From positions 95,763-159,762 of the forward strand of contig CANFVK010000005.1 in assembly GCA_947450475.1 (NCBI GenBank): a DNA stretch of 64,000 bases, read 5' to 3'. Shown piece after piece: positions 9,575 through 20,329 of this stretch (within the stretch, counting starts at the first letter, position 1; each line of letters opens with the position of its first letter). A model generated the notes under the pieces. The model had not been told where the DNA came from. It did not search any database and saw nothing but the letters and a program-made list of their open reading frames with translations. This DNA comes from Bacteriovoracaceae bacterium. GTDB lineage: Bacteria; Bdellovibrionota; Bacteriovoracia; Bacteriovoracales; Bacteriovoracaceae. The translations under genes were made by a program, and so were the position numbers.

Positions 9575-11299
9575 TTAACGAAATCGCAAATATTTAGGAT
9601 AACTCCCGACTAAATCAGAAGGTCGATAGTTTTTGACGTAGTCGTGGTAAAGAATAAAATTTCTCGAGTAGTACTGCATAATCCAGGGGATGTCCTTGTT
9701 AACTTCATTTTCCATATTATGGATGAGTTTAATTTTATCCTCTCCCTCGGATAGTTTGCGAAGTTGGGAATACATCTCATCTATTTTCTTATTGGTATAA
9801 TATGAAACATTTGGACCAGGTGGATAATTAGTTGAAATCAAAAGTTGAAATATGTTTTCGGCATCAGGGTAATCTAATGTCCAGCCATCTTGAAAAAATT
9901 GCAACCTACCAGTGCGAGATTTATTCAGAAAAGTTTTAAAATCATTCGCAACGATTTTTAGTTTTATCCCAATTTGCGCCAATTGCTCTTTAAAGTATTG
10001 CGCCTGTTCAATGCTTAGCTTTGTTTCAGATCTGGTGTCGTAAATAATTTCAGGCAAGTTTTTTCCATTAGGATATCCAGCTTTTTTTAAAAATTCTCGA
10101 GCAACCTGAAGATCAAATTTATAGGGTAGAGTTGTCGAAGGATCATAGCCAAGAATACCTGGGGGCAATACTGAATTGGATTGCTGACCGGTGTTGGTCG
10201 TAAACTTCTCGATATACCTGTTCATATCAATCGCATGAGCTATTGCTTTGCGGAGATTGAGGTTTGTGCCCAAAAGGGGGTCGCGCATATTAAATGCTAC
10301 CCACCAATAAGTAAGTGTCGGCATGGTTTGCAAACGAATATTTGTCGATTTGATTTTTTCTTTAAGATTTCCGACATCATCGAAGACCTCACTGAAAAAT
10401 TCTTGAGGCAAAAACAATATATCAATTTCTTTTTTTAAGAAAAGATCAAATCGAGTTTTGTTATCTTTTAAAATCCTAAAGTTGATTGATTCAAGAAAAG
10501 GGATTTTTTCAGATGAATCTTTTAGTAGTCCGCGATTATTGGCAAAGCGATCACCTTCGGTTGGATAAAAACTTTCATGATAATATTTAAATTTTTTGAG
10601 AACAATTTCTTTGCTTGTATCAATTTTCGTGGGAACAAATGGACCGGTACCACAAGTCCTAGAGCTCAAGTCGTTATGATCAAAAGTTACAACTTCTAGA
10701 GGAAGGGGAGACATAAAACTCATGGCCAGTTTATAAACAAATTGGGGAGAAGGTTGATTGAGCTCAATGATAAGTGTTCTATCGTCGGGAGCACTGACAC
10801 CTTTGATAGAAGTTTTTATGAGTTTATCAAAATCATTTCCTACATTTTTTTTAAATTCATTTATTCCAACCACCGCACCATCAATCGTCCACCAGCCAGT
10901 TGAATTAAGAGGAGAAAAGGCAAGTCGTTTTATCTGTAAAATAAAATCCTCAGCGCGAACAAATCGAGGTTTTCCTTTAAATGCGGGGTGATCGTGATAG
11001 CGGATATTAGGCTTAATTTTAATAATATATTTCTTGCCTAGATTCTCCATTGCAGGCAATGCCTCTGCCAGAAGAGGCTTTAGTTCATAAGGACGATTGA
11101 GATAGTGATACTCATAGAGCTGCTCATAAACATTGTACATGACCGAGCCCGAAATATTGTCGTAGGAGTTAGCTGGATCGAGAGTTGAAATTTCACTAGT
11201 AAGTGCTATTTTTAATTTTTTTTCCAGATGCTCATTATCTAACTTGCTACAACCAAGAAATATTAAAAATAAAATTAGACAACAAGAAGTTGTTTTCAT
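9575..11299 (-). CDS. ABC transporter substrate-binding lipoprotein, family 5 (Opp/Dpp-like), orphan
   Basis: Lipobox FLGC. Size and overall pattern of SBP_bac_5. No permease or ATPase genes nearby. Confidence 0.75.
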   Translation of the reverse strand: MKTTSCCLILFLIFLGCSKLDNEHLEKKLKIALTSEISTLDPANSYDNISGSVMYNVYEQLYEYHYLNRPYELKPLLAEALPAMENLGKKYIIKIKPNIRYHDHPAFKGKPRFVRAEDFILQIKRLAFSPLNSTGWWTIDGAVVGINEFKKNVGNDFDKLIKTSIKGVSAPDDRTLIIELNQPSPQFVYKLAMSFMSPLPLEVVTFDHNDLSSRTCGTGPFVPTKIDTSKEIVLKKFKYYHESFYPTEGDRFANNRGLLKDSSEKIPFLESINFRILKDNKTRFDLFLKKEIDILFLPQEFFSEVFDDVGNLKEKIKSTNIRLQTMPTLTYWWVAFNMRDPLLGTNLNLRKAIAHAIDMNRYIEKFTTNTGQQSNSVLPPGILGYDPSTTLPYKFDLQVAREFLKKAGYPNGKNLPEIIYDTRSETKLSIEQAQYFKEQLAQIGIKLKIVANDFKTFLNKSRTGRLQFFQDGWTLDYPDAENIFQLLISTNYPPGPNVSYYTNKKIDEMYSQLRKLSEGEDKIKLIHNMENEVNKDIPWIMQYYSRNFILYHDYVKNYRPSDLVGSYPKYLRFR

Positions 11300-13915
11300 T
11301 TAAGCTAATTTACTAAGTAAAATGCGATGAGCGTGAGCTTTAATTTTAGCGATATGCTCAGCTTCACCTGATCCTTGGGCCATATCAGGTTTACCACCAC
11401 CCTTGCCGTTAATTACGGTTAAAATTTCCTTGAGAGTTTCACCTGCATTTAGCTTGCTGACGGCAGCTCCTCTTCTGACAAGAACAGCTCCTTTTTTATT
11501 GTAAATAACGACAGCTCCATTTTGAAATTTATTTATAAAAAGGTCGGAGAGTTTACGCAAATCGCCCTCTGAGGGAGCTTCGATGATGGCAACATCAACC
11601 TCTCCAATTTTTTCCACAGCGCTAAATAAATCTTTTGATTCTGAGGCTTGAATTTTATCTCGTAGTGATTCTATTTCTTTTTGCTTTTCTTTCAGATCTT
11701 TTACTAAATTTTCAACCTTTGCGAGAGCTTTATCTTCTTTGTCATTGAAAAGAGATTCAATTTTTTTAAAAAGTTGCGAGCGGGATGTGAGGTAATGAAT
11801 AGCTGTCTCACTAGTTGTGGCTTCAATTCTTCGAACGCCTGTAGCTAAAGAACTTTCTGAAAGTATTGTAATCAGACCAATATCTCCAGTGTTACTAACG
11901 TGGGTTCCTCCGCAGAGTTCTGTAGAGAAATCACCCATTGTCAGAACTCTTACAACATTTCCATATTTCTCACCAAATAGGGCCATCGCTCCTTTTTTCA
12001 CAGCTTCGTCCATACTCATACTATTAGCATCTACCTTGGAACTCTTTTGAATTTCAGCATTGACCATGTCCTCAACTTTTTGAATTTCCTCACGACTCAT
12101 GGCTTGGAGGTGAGTGAAGTCAAAGCGGAGTCTCTCCGCTGTTACTTGTGAACCAGCTTGTTTTACATGCGATCCTAACGTTTTAATGAGTGCCGATTGC
12201 AATAAATGTGTTGCCGAGTGATTGCGCATAATAAGCTTGCGATTGTGATGATCAACATCTAGATGATAAGTTTGTCCAATTTCAAGAGCATCGGCATCAC
12301 GCGAAAGCATTACATGAAGTCCCTCAACTGGTTTTTGAGTATCTTCAATATGAGCGAGAATATTTTTGCCACTCATTATGACACCTATATCTCCAACTTG
12401 TCCGCCACTTTCAGCGTAGAATGGAGTTGTATCGAAAACTAAACCTTTGAGTTCACCCATGTTGATGATTTCAAGCAATTTTGCATCACTTTGAGTTTTT
12501 TCATAACCGGTGAATTTCGTAGTTCCAAATTTTTCTTTAACGGAATGAAAAATTTTGTCCGAATTATCTAGGGATCCTTTCCAAGACTTGCGAGAGTTTT
12601 CTTTTTGTTCGTTCATCGCTTTATCAAAACCTGCGTGATCGAGTTTGAGTCCATGATCAAGTAAGTACATTTCAGTTAGATCAACAGGAAATCCAAACGT
12701 ATCGTAAAGTTTAAAAGCTGCAGTCCCTGCAAGCGTTTTATCTTTAACTTCTTTCGAGATAGCTTCTTGTAAAAACTTAATACCATGCTCAAGTGTTTCT
12801 CTGAATTTACGTTCTTCCAATTCAAGCAGTTTGCTGGCAAGCTCGGCATTAGAAGCATTTTGAGGATATTCCAGGCCAAGAGATTCAAAAACAGATGGAA
12901 TGAGTTTGTAAAAAGAAATCTCTTTGACTCCAAGTTCGTTCAAATACTTAATTGCCCGACGAATGATTCTTCTTAGGACGTAACCTCTGCCTTCATTAGA
13001 AGGAATTACCCCATCGGTTATGAGCATCGTCGATGATCTAATATGATCAGCTACTACTCGAAACGAAGCTTTGTTTTTTTCCTCAGCATATTTTTTATCA
13101 GTGATGCTCTCGATTTGTTTCATGATGGGGGCGAAAATATCAGTGTCGTAATTATTGTAGCAGCCTTGCAAGGCTGCAGCGACTCGTTCTAAACCAGCTC
13201 CTGTATCGATAGATGGCTTAGGTAAGCTGAATCTGCCTTCGGGGGTTTTTTCAAATTGCATGAAGACCAAGTTCCAAATTTCAATATAGCGCTTCTCATC
13301 TTCAAGCAAATCGTTAGGATCCTTTCTGACGAGTTCTTTGTCTGTGTATTGTTCTCCATGATCATAAAAAATTTCAGAACATGGCCCGCAGGGACCGTAT
13401 TCTCCCATTTCCCAAAAATTATCTTTGTCACCTTTTGTAAAAATACGATCGAGTGGAATACCAATTTTTTCATTCCAAATTTTGCGAGCTTCATCATCAG
13501 TGTAGTGAACTGTAACATAGAGTCTATCTTTAGAAATTTTCAACTCAACGGTAAGAAAATCCCAAGCCATTTTTATGGCATCTTCTTTAAAATAGTCTCC
13601 AAAAGAAAAGTTACCCAGCATCTCAAAAAATGTGTGGTGGCGAGCGGTATGCCCAACATTTTCGAGGTCGTTGTGTTTTCCGCCGGCGCGTACACATTTT
13701 TGAATGGTAACAGCTCTTCGGTTTTTAGGTGTTGATTTGCCAGTAAAGTAATCTTTAAACTGATTCATTCCGGCGTTGGTAAAAAGCAAGGTTTTATCGT
13801 TGTGAGGAATAAGGGAGCTTGAGTTGTATTTTTCATGACCTTGTTTCATGAAGAATTGAGCAAATTTTTCTCTTGTGTCTTGACCGGTTAAATTTTGATT
13901 ATTTGCAGTTGTCAT
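11300..13915 (-). CDS. alaS: Alanine--tRNA ligase
   Basis: 871 aa. FTNAGMNQFK, editing-domain HSATHLL, and a C-terminal DHHA1-like region. Confidence 0.97.
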   Translation of the reverse strand: MTTANNQNLTGQDTREKFAQFFMKQGHEKYNSSSLIPHNDKTLLFTNAGMNQFKDYFTGKSTPKNRRAVTIQKCVRAGGKHNDLENVGHTARHHTFFEMLGNFSFGDYFKEDAIKMAWDFLTVELKISKDRLYVTVHYTDDEARKIWNEKIGIPLDRIFTKGDKDNFWEMGEYGPCGPCSEIFYDHGEQYTDKELVRKDPNDLLEDEKRYIEIWNLVFMQFEKTPEGRFSLPKPSIDTGAGLERVAAALQGCYNNYDTDIFAPIMKQIESITDKKYAEEKNKASFRVVADHIRSSTMLITDGVIPSNEGRGYVLRRIIRRAIKYLNELGVKEISFYKLIPSVFESLGLEYPQNASNAELASKLLELEERKFRETLEHGIKFLQEAISKEVKDKTLAGTAAFKLYDTFGFPVDLTEMYLLDHGLKLDHAGFDKAMNEQKENSRKSWKGSLDNSDKIFHSVKEKFGTTKFTGYEKTQSDAKLLEIINMGELKGLVFDTTPFYAESGGQVGDIGVIMSGKNILAHIEDTQKPVEGLHVMLSRDADALEIGQTYHLDVDHHNRKLIMRNHSATHLLQSALIKTLGSHVKQAGSQVTAERLRFDFTHLQAMSREEIQKVEDMVNAEIQKSSKVDANSMSMDEAVKKGAMALFGEKYGNVVRVLTMGDFSTELCGGTHVSNTGDIGLITILSESSLATGVRRIEATTSETAIHYLTSRSQLFKKIESLFNDKEDKALAKVENLVKDLKEKQKEIESLRDKIQASESKDLFSAVEKIGEVDVAIIEAPSEGDLRKLSDLFINKFQNGAVVIYNKKGAVLVRRGAAVSKLNAGETLKEILTVINGKGGGKPDMAQGSGEAEHIAKIKAHAHRILLSKLA

Positions 13916-14057
13916 GCCACTATGCCTTGGTGAGTCGTTAATTTTTTTGTCCCTATTCTACTGTTTCATAGCAGATTCTTCAAATTGAATATTGTCTTAT
14001 GGGCTTTTTTAAAATGGGCTTAGTGACCTTTCTTACCCAGGTTGTTAAGATCACAAT

Positions 14058-15344
14058 ATGAAAAAACTGATCATTTTATTTTACTTAACCTTTTGCCCTC
14101 TTTTGGCCCTAGTAAATGTTTGCCATGGTCGAGTCGTTGGTCAGATTCTGACATTGCCTAAAAACGCTGCACCGATGGATATCTACTCCCTGGATATTGA
14201 TCAAGACGGTAACGATGAACTCATTGTGACATCGTTAGATTATATGAGACGCGACCATGCAATGCCGTTGGTAATTTTTAAAAATACAGGCAATTTTCAT
14301 TTTGTAGATGCAACTTCAACTTATTTTAACTCCATACCAACCTTTTTTCATGCCAGGCATGTTATTTTAATTCCTAATTTCAATGGTAGTGCGCCAGCAT
14401 TTTTTGTATCAGATCACGGGATAGATTTACCTCCTTTCGATGGGGGAATTTCTCGGCTTTTTGTTTTTGATGTTAAGACCAGAAAATTTAGTGATCAATC
14501 TGCTTTTTTCAATCTTGATAAGAAAAAAGCTTTTACCTTCGCCAGCACCTTTACTCATCTACCTAAGACGGGCGAACTTGCTATTTTAAAAGCAAATATT
14601 CTAACTTCAAAAAGTCATTTGGAATTTTTTGTTTTTGATAAAAAAAATCAATCAGTTGATAGAGTTGCTGACTTAATGAATTATTCGTCTGAAAAGTGTT
14701 ATATGAATGCTCTTTTTGCAGACCTTGATCGTGATGGCGAAGATGAATTGGTGTTAGGGGGATGCGATGTTCATGAAGCAAAGCCCATTTTTGCTGAAAA
14801 TGATGTCATTCTCAAAATGCAGAGTGGAAAATATACTAAGTTGATTGATTTACCGCAGAGGCACAGTGCGCCCTTTTGGGGAGTCAATGCACTTTATGCC
14901 TCTGACTTATTTAATTCAGGTAAGCCTCTTTTGATTGAGGCCATCTACAATAATACTTATAGTCGCGGTGGTATTAATATCTTTGCACAACAAAGCGATA
15001 GTCGTTTTAAAACCTCCTTCCAATTTACTCCAAAGCTTAAAGAATATGATTTTTTTATACCGTGGTTAGCTTTTTATGACGTAGATGGTGATCATTTAGT
15101 CGATATTGTTGGCAACTATCGTCTGATGGGGAAACCTCGGCTGAAAAATGCCAAAGCGGTAGATTCAATTTTTATCTTAAAAAATACAGGAAGCAATTTT
15201 GTTTTGATGAATAAAAGATTATTTCCTTCAGAAAAAAATAAATTCTATGTTAATGCCATAGTCATCAACGAGAAAAAGCAAAAGAATCTTGCGTTCTTAA
15301 CCACTGACGGAAAACTAATTTTTGCTAATGCGCCTATGAAGTAG
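14058..15344 (+). CDS. Secreted FG-GAP/VCBS-repeat protein
   Basis: Signal peptide. Repeated Ca-binding-like DIDQDGNDELIV, DLDRDGEDELVLGG and DVDGDHLVDIVGN. Confidence 0.6.
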   Translation: MKKLIILFYLTFCPLLALVNVCHGRVVGQILTLPKNAAPMDIYSLDIDQDGNDELIVTSLDYMRRDHAMPLVIFKNTGNFHFVDATSTYFNSIPTFFHARHVILIPNFNGSAPAFFVSDHGIDLPPFDGGISRLFVFDVKTRKFSDQSAFFNLDKKKAFTFASTFTHLPKTGELAILKANILTSKSHLEFFVFDKKNQSVDRVADLMNYSSEKCYMNALFADLDRDGEDELVLGGCDVHEAKPIFAENDVILKMQSGKYTKLIDLPQRHSAPFWGVNALYASDLFNSGKPLLIEAIYNNTYSRGGINIFAQQSDSRFKTSFQFTPKLKEYDFFIPWLAFYDVDGDHLVDIVGNYRLMGKPRLKNAKAVDSIFILKNTGSNFVLMNKRLFPSEKNKFYVNAIVINEKKQKNLAFLTTDGKLIFANAPMK

Positions 15345-15810
15345 CTAACTCATCTTTTATCTGCTTCAAAATCTTTTTAGTTGCAGATAGGTCATGCCCT
15401 TTAGATAGAACAAATCGAATCAGTTTGGTCTCGTGATTGTAATCAATAATGGGCTTACCTCGAAGTTTTTTTTCAAGTAAGCGCTTGATTTGGTCGTCCT
15501 CGCTGTGATGATATTCATTGTATATGGAATCAATAAAGGGGATCTCAACTTTTACGCGTTCAGCATTAAGTTTTTGACGTATAAAATCTTGTGAGTATCC
15601 TTTGTTCATGAAAGCCTTGATCCTGGCTTCGCTATAAACGTCTTCACGTAAGTAATTTTTATCTTTTACCATTTTAATGGCATCTTCAATTTCATTTTCA
15701 GGATATTGTCGTGTTCGCAATTTTTCACGCAGCTTATGTTCGGAATAATCACGGCTGGAAAGTAGTTTTATGAGATACAGAAAAGCTTTGTTGGAATTTT
15801 TTTCGGTCAT
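15334..15810 (-). CDS. recX: Recombination regulator RecX
   Basis: Lies directly downstream of recA. LLSSRDYSEHKLREKL matches the RecX repeat pattern. Confidence 0.7.
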   Translation of the reverse strand: MTEKNSNKAFLYLIKLLSSRDYSEHKLREKLRTRQYPENEIEDAIKMVKDKNYLREDVYSEARIKAFMNKGYSQDFIRQKLNAERVKVEIPFIDSIYNEYHHSEDDQIKRLLEKKLRGKPIIDYNHETKLIRFVLSKGHDLSATKKILKQIKDELATS

Positions 15811-15888
15811 TTAAGATTTAATCGCTAAGAGTTTTAAAGCTCCCGATGCCTCACATTCGCCAGGAAACCGGGAGTTTAAAACAGTTTT

Positions 15889-16995
15889 TTATTGAATAAC
15901 TTTTTTGGGTTTTTTAGTTTTTTCTTCTTCGATAATTTCACCAGTAGTTTCATCAACCGAGGTATTTGCAGAGCCTTCGAGTAGGCCAAATTTAACAAGA
16001 ATTTTGTTTTTAATTTCTTCTGTTAATTCGGGGTTTTGCTCAAGGAACGCTTTAGAGTTCTCTCTTCCTTGACCAATTTTTGTATTATTGTATGAGAACC
16101 ATGCCCCTGCTTTTTCCACAATTCCGTTGTTAGAGGCAAGATCAAGAATGTCTCCAATTTTAGAAATTCCAGAGCCGTACATAATGTCGAACTCAGCTTC
16201 TTTGAAAGGAGGTGCCACTTTATTTTTTACGATTTTAACTTTTGTGCGCGAACCGATATGAGTTTCACCATCTTTAATCGCTGCAGTTTTTCTGATATCG
16301 AGACGAACTGAAGCGTAGAATTTTAGAGCGTTTCCACCAGTTGTTGTCTCTGGGTTACCGAACATAACTCCAATTTTCATACGAAGCTGATTGATGAATA
16401 CAACTGTGCAGTTTGATCTAGAAATTGATCCAGTGAGCTTTCTTAAAGCTTGAGACATAAGTCGAGCTTGAAGACCCATGTGCGAGTCTCCCATCTCTCC
16501 TTCTAGTTCAGCTTTTGGAGTAAGAGCGGCAACCGAGTCGATGATGAGTAGATTAACAGCACCAGAGCGAACGAGCATGTCGGCAATCTCCAGAGCTTGC
16601 TCCCCAGAATCTGGTTGAGAAATAAGTGTGTTTGGTACATCAACGCCAAGCTTTGCAGCATAAGCAGTATCAAGAGCGTGTTCAGCATCAACGAAAGCAA
16701 CGGTACCTCCCTGTTTTTGGCATTCTGCCGCTATATGTAGAGTTAGAGTCGTTTTTCCTGATGATTCAGGACCATAAATTTCAATAATTCTTCCTTGAGG
16801 AATACCACCAACACCAAGGGCAATATCTAGGGTTAAGCAACCGGTTGGGATAACCGACATTTTTTCGACAGCCGATTTGTTGTCGAGTTTCATGATGGCG
16901 CCTTTTCCAAATTGTTTTTCGATAGCAGACAGCGCTAAGTCGAGCGCTTTAAGTTTTTCTGGAGATGGTGAAGCTGATACTTTCTGTAATGACAT
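15889..16995 (-). CDS. recA: Recombinase A
   Basis: [13 protein letters not shown] and Walker [10 protein letters not shown]. The ATG at 16995 is preceded by GGAGGA; the track ORF extends 11 codons further upstream. Confidence 0.97.
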   Translation of the reverse strand: MSLQKVSASPSPEKLKALDLALSAIEKQFGKGAIMKLDNKSAVEKMSVIPTGCLTLDIALGVGGIPQGRIIEIYGPESSGKTTLTLHIAAECQKQGGTVAFVDAEHALDTAYAAKLGVDVPNTLISQPDSGEQALEIADMLVRSGAVNLLIIDSVAALTPKAELEGEMGDSHMGLQARLMSQALRKLTGSISRSNCTVVFINQLRMKIGVMFGNPETTTGGNALKFYASVRLDIRKTAAIKDGETHIGSRTKVKIVKNKVAPPFKEAEFDIMYGSGISKIGDILDLASNNGIVEKAGAWFSYNNTKIGQGRENSKAFLEQNPELTEEIKNKILVKFGLLEGSANTSVDETTGEIIEEEKTKKPKKVIQ

Positions 16996-17205
16996 TAGTC
17001 CTCCGAAGGTGTGTGTCGTTCCAAACACGAGTTTTTTTGTTGTGTGTTTACGTGCAAATGAATGACTCTATTTAATAATCAAAAAGTCATTATTACTAGA
17101 CGAAAAAGCTCTAGATAATCACTATTTGATCAGACAAAATCAAACACTGCACTTAACCAAGTCTGTGCGTAGTTTTTGCGTAAGTCAAGCATAAATGTAA
17201 AGAAT

Positions 17206-17691
17206 TTATTTTAGGAAATAACTTATGGGTATATAAAGTAAACCTGCATATACGCCACTGACTATATCATCAAGGATGGTTCCAGCGCCGTGCGACATTT
17301 TTTTATCGAAGTAACTTGCCGGCCAAAATTTAATTATGTCAAAGAATCGAAAAAGTATAAAAAGTATAAAAAGATGAAGTAAGTTGTGCTGTTGAATAAA
17401 AAGCCAGGCAGTAGTCATACCTAAAACTTCATCGATTACAATCCATTGTGGATCGTGCGCCTTTAGTTCTGATTGAACTTTGTCGGCAATAAAAGATGAA
17501 ATTATGGTGAGCATGGTCAGAAAAGGAAGAAATAAAAAAAAGGGTGGATTAAAGCGACCAATTCCGTAAAGAAAGGGCAAAGTGGCCAGGGTTCCCCAGG
17601 TGCCTGGGGCCAATGGAAGATATCCCACTCCGAAAAAAGAGAGGAAAAGTATGTCTGGTCTTTTGAGATTTGGTCTATTATCTTGATTCAT
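17206..17691 (-). CDS. pgpA: Phosphatidylglycerophosphatase A
   Basis: APGTWGTLATLP motif, membrane helices, 161 aa. Confidence 0.8.
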   Translation of the reverse strand: MNQDNRPNLKRPDILFLSFFGVGYLPLAPGTWGTLATLPFLYGIGRFNPPFFLFLPFLTMLTIISSFIADKVQSELKAHDPQWIVIDEVLGMTTAWLFIQQHNLLHLFILFILFRFFDIIKFWPASYFDKKMSHGAGTILDDIVSGVYAGLLYIPISYFLK

Positions 17692-17713
17692 TAGATAATA
17701 ATTCTAGCTAAAA

Positions 17714-18973
17714 ATGGACGTGGTTACAAAGGCTAAAATGGATAGACCGCATTACTTACACAAATACATGTTCGACTGGGAAATCCTTGATGTCGTGGTC
17801 GGAGGTAAGTCGGCGCTTGATACTAAGAATTTTCTGGGTCCAATGTCTACCATTGAGCAGGTCAATCAGTTTCTGGTTGGCTATGGGCTTGATCCCAACG
17901 ATCATGTGACTAAAGCTGAGCTTTTTGGAAATTTTCAAGAGGCGTTGCAGTTTATCCGTCGCTTTTTTTTAAAAGAAGGCAGCCCAGATGGGTTAGATTT
18001 AAGACTACCCAATTCATTATTGATGATTTCAGATATCAGCCAGCTTTTTTTAATGGCAACAGATGATAATCCAAATAAAAGAGAAGACAAAATTTGGGCC
18101 GAAATTATTTTGAAAGTTATGCATACGATTGTTCATGCCGACAAGGATCTACGATCAAATTATTTTAATATAGTTCAAACTCAAATTTTTGATCGCTTTT
18201 ATAAATATATTTTTAGAAGTGATGAAGGCAAACTCTTTCTAGGAATCAAGGGTTCTGAAAATGTAGTTGCCTTAGTTGATTTTGAAACAAAATCAAAAAA
18301 AACTCGCGAAAGTGTTATTATTAAATTACTTCATAAAGCAGAAAACGTAGCCGAAGAACTTTTTGATAGAGTCGGAGTTCGATTCGTGACAGAATCGCGT
18401 TTTGATACTTTGCGAGTGATTCGTTTTTTGCTAGAGAAAAATATTGTTATACCTCACAACAATAAACCAAGCCGTGCGATCAATACCATGATTGATCTAC
18501 AAAAGTTTAAAGAGGCTCATCAGCGCGTCCTAAAAATGGCTTTTAGAAACAATCTTTCAGAGGATCGCTTTATCGCTGCAATCGAAAGAGAAATTCAAGA
18601 TTGTTATCTCAACCAAGAAGGCCGAGATAAAAATAAATTTACTTCGAAAAGTTATCAATCTATCCAGTTTACTTGTCGACAGCTGATTGAGTATAAAAAT
18701 CCCTTTCTCTTGGAGTTTAATGATCTTAGAAGAATTGCGAAAATTCATAATTCAGATGAAAACGAACTTGCCAGAAGGGTCTTGAGCATGGATATCTCGC
18801 TAGTAGCAAGAGATATTCGCTTTTTCTATCCTTACGAAATTCAAATTGTAGACAAGTTAGCCTTCCAACAAAATTCTCAAGGCGAAGCCTCTCATCAGGA
18901 GTACAAACGCCAACAAGTTCAATCTGCCATGAAGCGCATTTTTAAGCCAATGATTGAACTTAAGAATCTTTAA
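17714..18973 (+). CDS. Divergent RelA/SpoT-type nucleotidyltransferase-domain protein (function unknown)
   Basis: Ordered motifs resemble the RSH synthetase fold: KSKKTRESVIIKL, DRVGVRFV (D-x-x-G-x-R), YQSIQF (compare Y-x-S-x-H) and YEIQIVD...GEASHQEYK (compare EIQIRT...G.A.H..YK). Confidence 0.5.
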   Translation: MDVVTKAKMDRPHYLHKYMFDWEILDVVVGGKSALDTKNFLGPMSTIEQVNQFLVGYGLDPNDHVTKAELFGNFQEALQFIRRFFLKEGSPDGLDLRLPNSLLMISDISQLFLMATDDNPNKREDKIWAEIILKVMHTIVHADKDLRSNYFNIVQTQIFDRFYKYIFRSDEGKLFLGIKGSENVVALVDFETKSKKTRESVIIKLLHKAENVAEELFDRVGVRFVTESRFDTLRVIRFLLEKNIVIPHNNKPSRAINTMIDLQKFKEAHQRVLKMAFRNNLSEDRFIAAIEREIQDCYLNQEGRDKNKFTSKSYQSIQFTCRQLIEYKNPFLLEFNDLRRIAKIHNSDENELARRVLSMDISLVARDIRFFYPYEIQIVDKLAFQQNSQGEASHQEYKRQQVQSAMKRIFKPMIELKNL

Positions 18974-19884
18974 CCTTTATTAGACATTTTTTTTATTTGT
19001 AGTTTTGTAACAAAGCGATGCAATCGTTGATTAATCATTTCAGGAAAATCAGCTTGCGGTACATGGCTGCCATCTTTAACAATATATAATTCACTTTGTG
19101 GTAAATGTGTTGTCAGGATTCTCTGGAGATAATTAGGGATGATTTTGTCCTTGTCACCACCAATGATAAGTGTAGGCGTTTGGATGGACTCCAGGTGATT
19201 AATGATATCGTGATCGTGCATAAGTTTTAAAAGATGAAATAAGAGTGATTCAGGCAATTCGCTAATTTTTTTCATGTAAAGTTGAATAAACTCCATATCA
19301 ACTTGCTTTTTATTAAATCCGCCATCAAAAATAAAATATTGAGCAATGGGGTTTTTGTAAACATTTTGCCAAATTGTTTTAAATAAAGTTGGATGCTTTT
19401 CAGTAAAACTTTTCAAATGGGGAAATGCAAGATCGATCATATTTGAGTCAAACATGATGTCTTGTGGCGGCAAAACGGTACCAGAAATAAGAATTTGACC
19501 TGACATATCCTCTGGGTAGCGACGAGCATGCTCAAGGCAAATGTTTACCCCCATGCTGTGGCCAACAAATACGGAGTTTTTAATATTTAATTGAGCCAAT
19601 AATTCGTGAAGGTCTTTTGCAATATTGGGAAAGTTACAACTCTCAATATCTCCGTCTTGTGAGGAGGCAAAATGAAAGCGGTAATCGTGTATGAGAATTT
19701 GGTATCCGCATTCTTCGAAGTAGGGGATTTGAAATTTATAGTGATAATTGCTGCAAAGTAATCCATAGATTAAAACCAAAACAGGCTTTGAGTGATTGAT
19801 AGATTCGGGATTAAAATTAGTATTATAAAAAATACGAATGCCGTCTGAAGTATAAAAATAATTAGGGTGGTTATTTTTGAACAT
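18970..19884 (-). CDS. Alpha/beta-fold hydrolase
   Basis: Nucleophile elbow GHSMG. Late D and H residues (GGDKD, GSHVP). Confidence 0.8.
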   Translation of the reverse strand: MFKNNHPNYFYTSDGIRIFYNTNFNPESINHSKPVLVLIYGLLCSNYHYKFQIPYFEECGYQILIHDYRFHFASSQDGDIESCNFPNIAKDLHELLAQLNIKNSVFVGHSMGVNICLEHARRYPEDMSGQILISGTVLPPQDIMFDSNMIDLAFPHLKSFTEKHPTLFKTIWQNVYKNPIAQYFIFDGGFNKKQVDMEFIQLYMKKISELPESLLFHLLKLMHDHDIINHLESIQTPTLIIGGDKDKIIPNYLQRILTTHLPQSELYIVKDGSHVPQADFPEMINQRLHRFVTKLQIKKMSNKG

Positions 19885-20329
19885 TTTTATTATTTTCCAT
19901 TTTAACTAATACTTCTTCAATAAACTCCAGAGTAAATGTCAATTCACTTGCCTCATTAATAAATCGCTCGTAATCATTGGTGAGATCATATTCTGGAAGG
20001 CTTTGCCCAAAATTAACAATTTGGATTTCGTTGCTCCCAAATGCAATTTTGTCATTTAACTTTAATTTCAGGGTACCATTAACTTTTTTTCCATTGATGA
20101 AAAAAGCTGGTGCGCTTACATGGCTTTGGATGATCAGCAGACCTTGGTATATTTTGATGCTGAAGTATTTCAAAGGTAATTCTTTATCTAAAAAAATAAG
20201 GTCATTTTTTTTGGAGCGACCGATGTGAATCTGATCGAAATCGAATTGATAACTTCCAATAGCTTCCAAAGTTGTGCTTTTAATGACATCAAGATGAATC
20301 ATATTGAAAGTATAGCAAAAATTAGGCAA
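19871..20329 (-). CDS. Small FHA-domain protein
   Basis: IHIGRSKKNDLIFLD...FINGKKVNG...LNDKIAFGSNEIQI follows the FHA pattern. Its start abuts the recG stop. Confidence 0.6.
   Translation of the reverse strand: MPNFCYTFNMIHLDVIKSTTLEAIGSYQFDFDQIHIGRSKKNDLIFLDKELPLKYFSIKIYQGLLIIQSHVSAPAFFINGKKVNGTLKLKLNDKIAFGSNEIQIVNFGQSLPEYDLTNDYERFINEASELTFTLEFIEEVLVKMENNKNVQK

Noticed and set aside
13256-13735. 159-aa plus-strand ORF, together with the other 60-110-aa ORFs inside 11300-13915
   Set aside because: It is antisense or out of frame within alaS. These are typical AT-rich shadow ORFs.
17029-17205. SOS/LexA operator upstream of recA
   Set aside because: I found no TTAC-N3-GTAA or CTGT-N8-ACAG type palindrome. 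There is only a 7-bp inverted repeat, AATGACT-N27-AGTCATT (17061-17101), with spacing too wide to call an operator.
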